A DNA stretch of 63,230 nucleotides, the filler included, from Octopus bimaculoides (taxonomy: Eukaryota), in NCBI RefSeq assembly GCF_001194135.2. It is 6 parts of 5 records of this genome, joined end to end, with 100 filler letters (N's around TTAATTAATTAA, not from the genome) between each part and the next. Parts side by side here need not be neighbours in the genome. Positions count along the whole stretch, not along the records: positions 59,423 to 61,753 come from NW_026438267.1; positions 61,854 to 63,230 come from NC_069008.1; 4 more parts are not named here. One strand, written 5' to 3'. The notes under the pieces are model-generated. The model had not been told where the DNA came from. It saw only the letters and a program-made list of their open reading frames with translations, and made no database searches. Shown one piece after another: positions 61,271 to 63,230 of this stretch (positions are counted from its first letter, which is position 1; every line of letters starts with the position of its first letter). The position numbers and the translations under genes were made by a program.

Positions 61271-62754
61271 TTACCACTCCCAAGCAGTAGATTGTTGAAA
61301 CTAAATATCAGTGTCGGAGCAGATACCTTGTGGTATTTCTTCCAACTCTTTGCTTTCAGAGTCCAAATCCCACTATGACCATCGCCTGGATTAGCACAAC
61401 CACAAGGTACTACGAGTTCCCTTAGTGGATCCCTCTCCGCTACAAACATTTGGGCCAGGTCTGCGGTTTCTTATCTTTTACTTGTTTCAATAATTACACT
61501 GCGCCAACGCTGGGGCACCACGTTGAAGAACTTTTACCACTGCTTTTTCTCTTAAAATGTGTTACTCATACTATCGGTCTCGAACTGCTAATGTATGGGG
61601 AAGTAAACAAACAAACAGCGATCGTCAAGCGGTGGTGGGAGACACAAATACAAATATACGCAGGCACAAACACACGCATACACACATACACATACACACG
61701 CACACACATGACGTTCTTCCAGTTTCCGTCTACCAAATTCCCTTAAAAGGCATNNNNNNNNNNNNNNNNNNNNNNNNNNNNNNNNNNNNNNNNNNNNTTA
61801 ATTAATTAANNNNNNNNNNNNNNNNNNNNNNNNNNNNNNNNNNNNNNNNNNNNATATATATATATATATATATATATACATGCATACATGCATATACATA
61901 CATACACACACACATATACGCATATACACATATACATATATATATATGTAATTTTTAAATCAGTAACGTTGAGTGACACAAAGTATATAATTTTATGCGT
62001 TTGTCTCTACGCTACGTTTGCGTGCATATGTATGTGTAGAAATATGCACTCATATATAGCTTATATATAAATACATATCTAGACATGCACACATTAAGAG
62101 ACTTCACATACAAACACATTTGTATACACAAACACAAACAGTCAACATTCCATACATTCAACGTCAGCGTAACATAAACGCGCTCATTCGAATTCTTATA
62201 TAAACACACATATTTAAACACACACACACACACACATACACACATTGCTACCGACATATCACCTGAAGAGACACACACACACGCACATACAACCCCCACA
62301 TATATATGTATGCATTTATATATATGTATATATGTAGGTATGTATGCTTGCATGTATGTATCCATTTATCTATCTATCTATCTATTTATATATTTATATA
62401 TATATATATGTGTANNNNNNNNNNNNNNNNNNNNNNNNNNNNNNNNNNNNNNNNNNNNNNNNNNNNNNNNNNNNNNNNNNNNNNNNNNNNNNNNNNNNNN
62501 NNNNNNNNNNNNNNNNNNNNNNNNNNATATATATTTCACTTTATATATATATACTTACGCAGCCAATATTCAATCCTCTCAAAAGCAATATATATGATTC
62601 AAGTGCCACAACTTCCCCATCAACTCCAAATACCTTGTACACATATATACATTACCGTATACACTCATACACATATATACAGACACATACATATGTGTGT
62701 GTGCGTGTGTGAATTTGTGGGTGTGTACATATCTCTCCATATATACACATAGGG

Positions 62755-62785
<31 letters not shown>

Positions 62786-62956
62786 CTTACGTATACTTGT
62801 ATATATATATATATATATATATATACTTACGTATACTTGTATATATATATATGCATACATATTTATATATGTATGAATATATGTATATACATATAAATTT
62901 TTTTACATGCACGTATATACACATATCTGTCTATGTAAGTATGTATGTATGCATCG

Positions 62957-63015
<59 letters not shown>
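62957..63015 (+). repeat. (TCTA)n tetranucleotide microsatellite; one of many AT, CA, GA, GAT and AAC tracts in the window
   Basis: Direct reading of the sequence. Confidence 0.95.
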
Positions 63016-63016
<1 letters not shown>

Positions 63017-63193
63017 GCGTATCTCCCTCTTTCTCTTCCTTACTCTCTACACAGCAATACATATACATACATACGCAGAGTGATATCTATACGTAAATGC
63101 ATTTATACATATATACGTATATACGTATATATAATTGTATAGTATATATATACATATATATGTATGTATATATACATACACATACATATACCT

Positions 63194-63230
<37 letters not shown>

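Overview
AT-rich, microsatellite-laden and transposon-dense animal genomic DNA from a gapped draft assembly. The SINE and repeat families look like octopus (recognised from memory, not searched). The only gene I confidently recognise is the first coding exon of SEM1/DSS1 (28482-28557, +); I could not find its other exons. Most other coding-like sequence is decayed mobile DNA: CR1/L2-type, RTE, R4/Dong, CRE and Penelope retroelements, mariner and hAT derivatives, Helitron pieces, SINEs, and an ORF1-only element nested in a SINE nested in a Helitron. The most interesting unexplained signal is a pair of diverged, inverted ~1 kb units (7400-8400 on +, 24700-25760 on -). Each has the same ordered promoter (CCAAT, TCACGTGA, GGTGAGCC, TATA-like, initiator) and a downstream hairpin conserved in both sequence and base pairing. 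Between them, on the minus strand, lies an intact spliced terminal exon encoding an uncharacterised 106-aa protein with four CxxC motifs. Five N44-TTAATTAATTAA-N44 blocks are artificial scaffold joins, so long-range links across them are uncertain.
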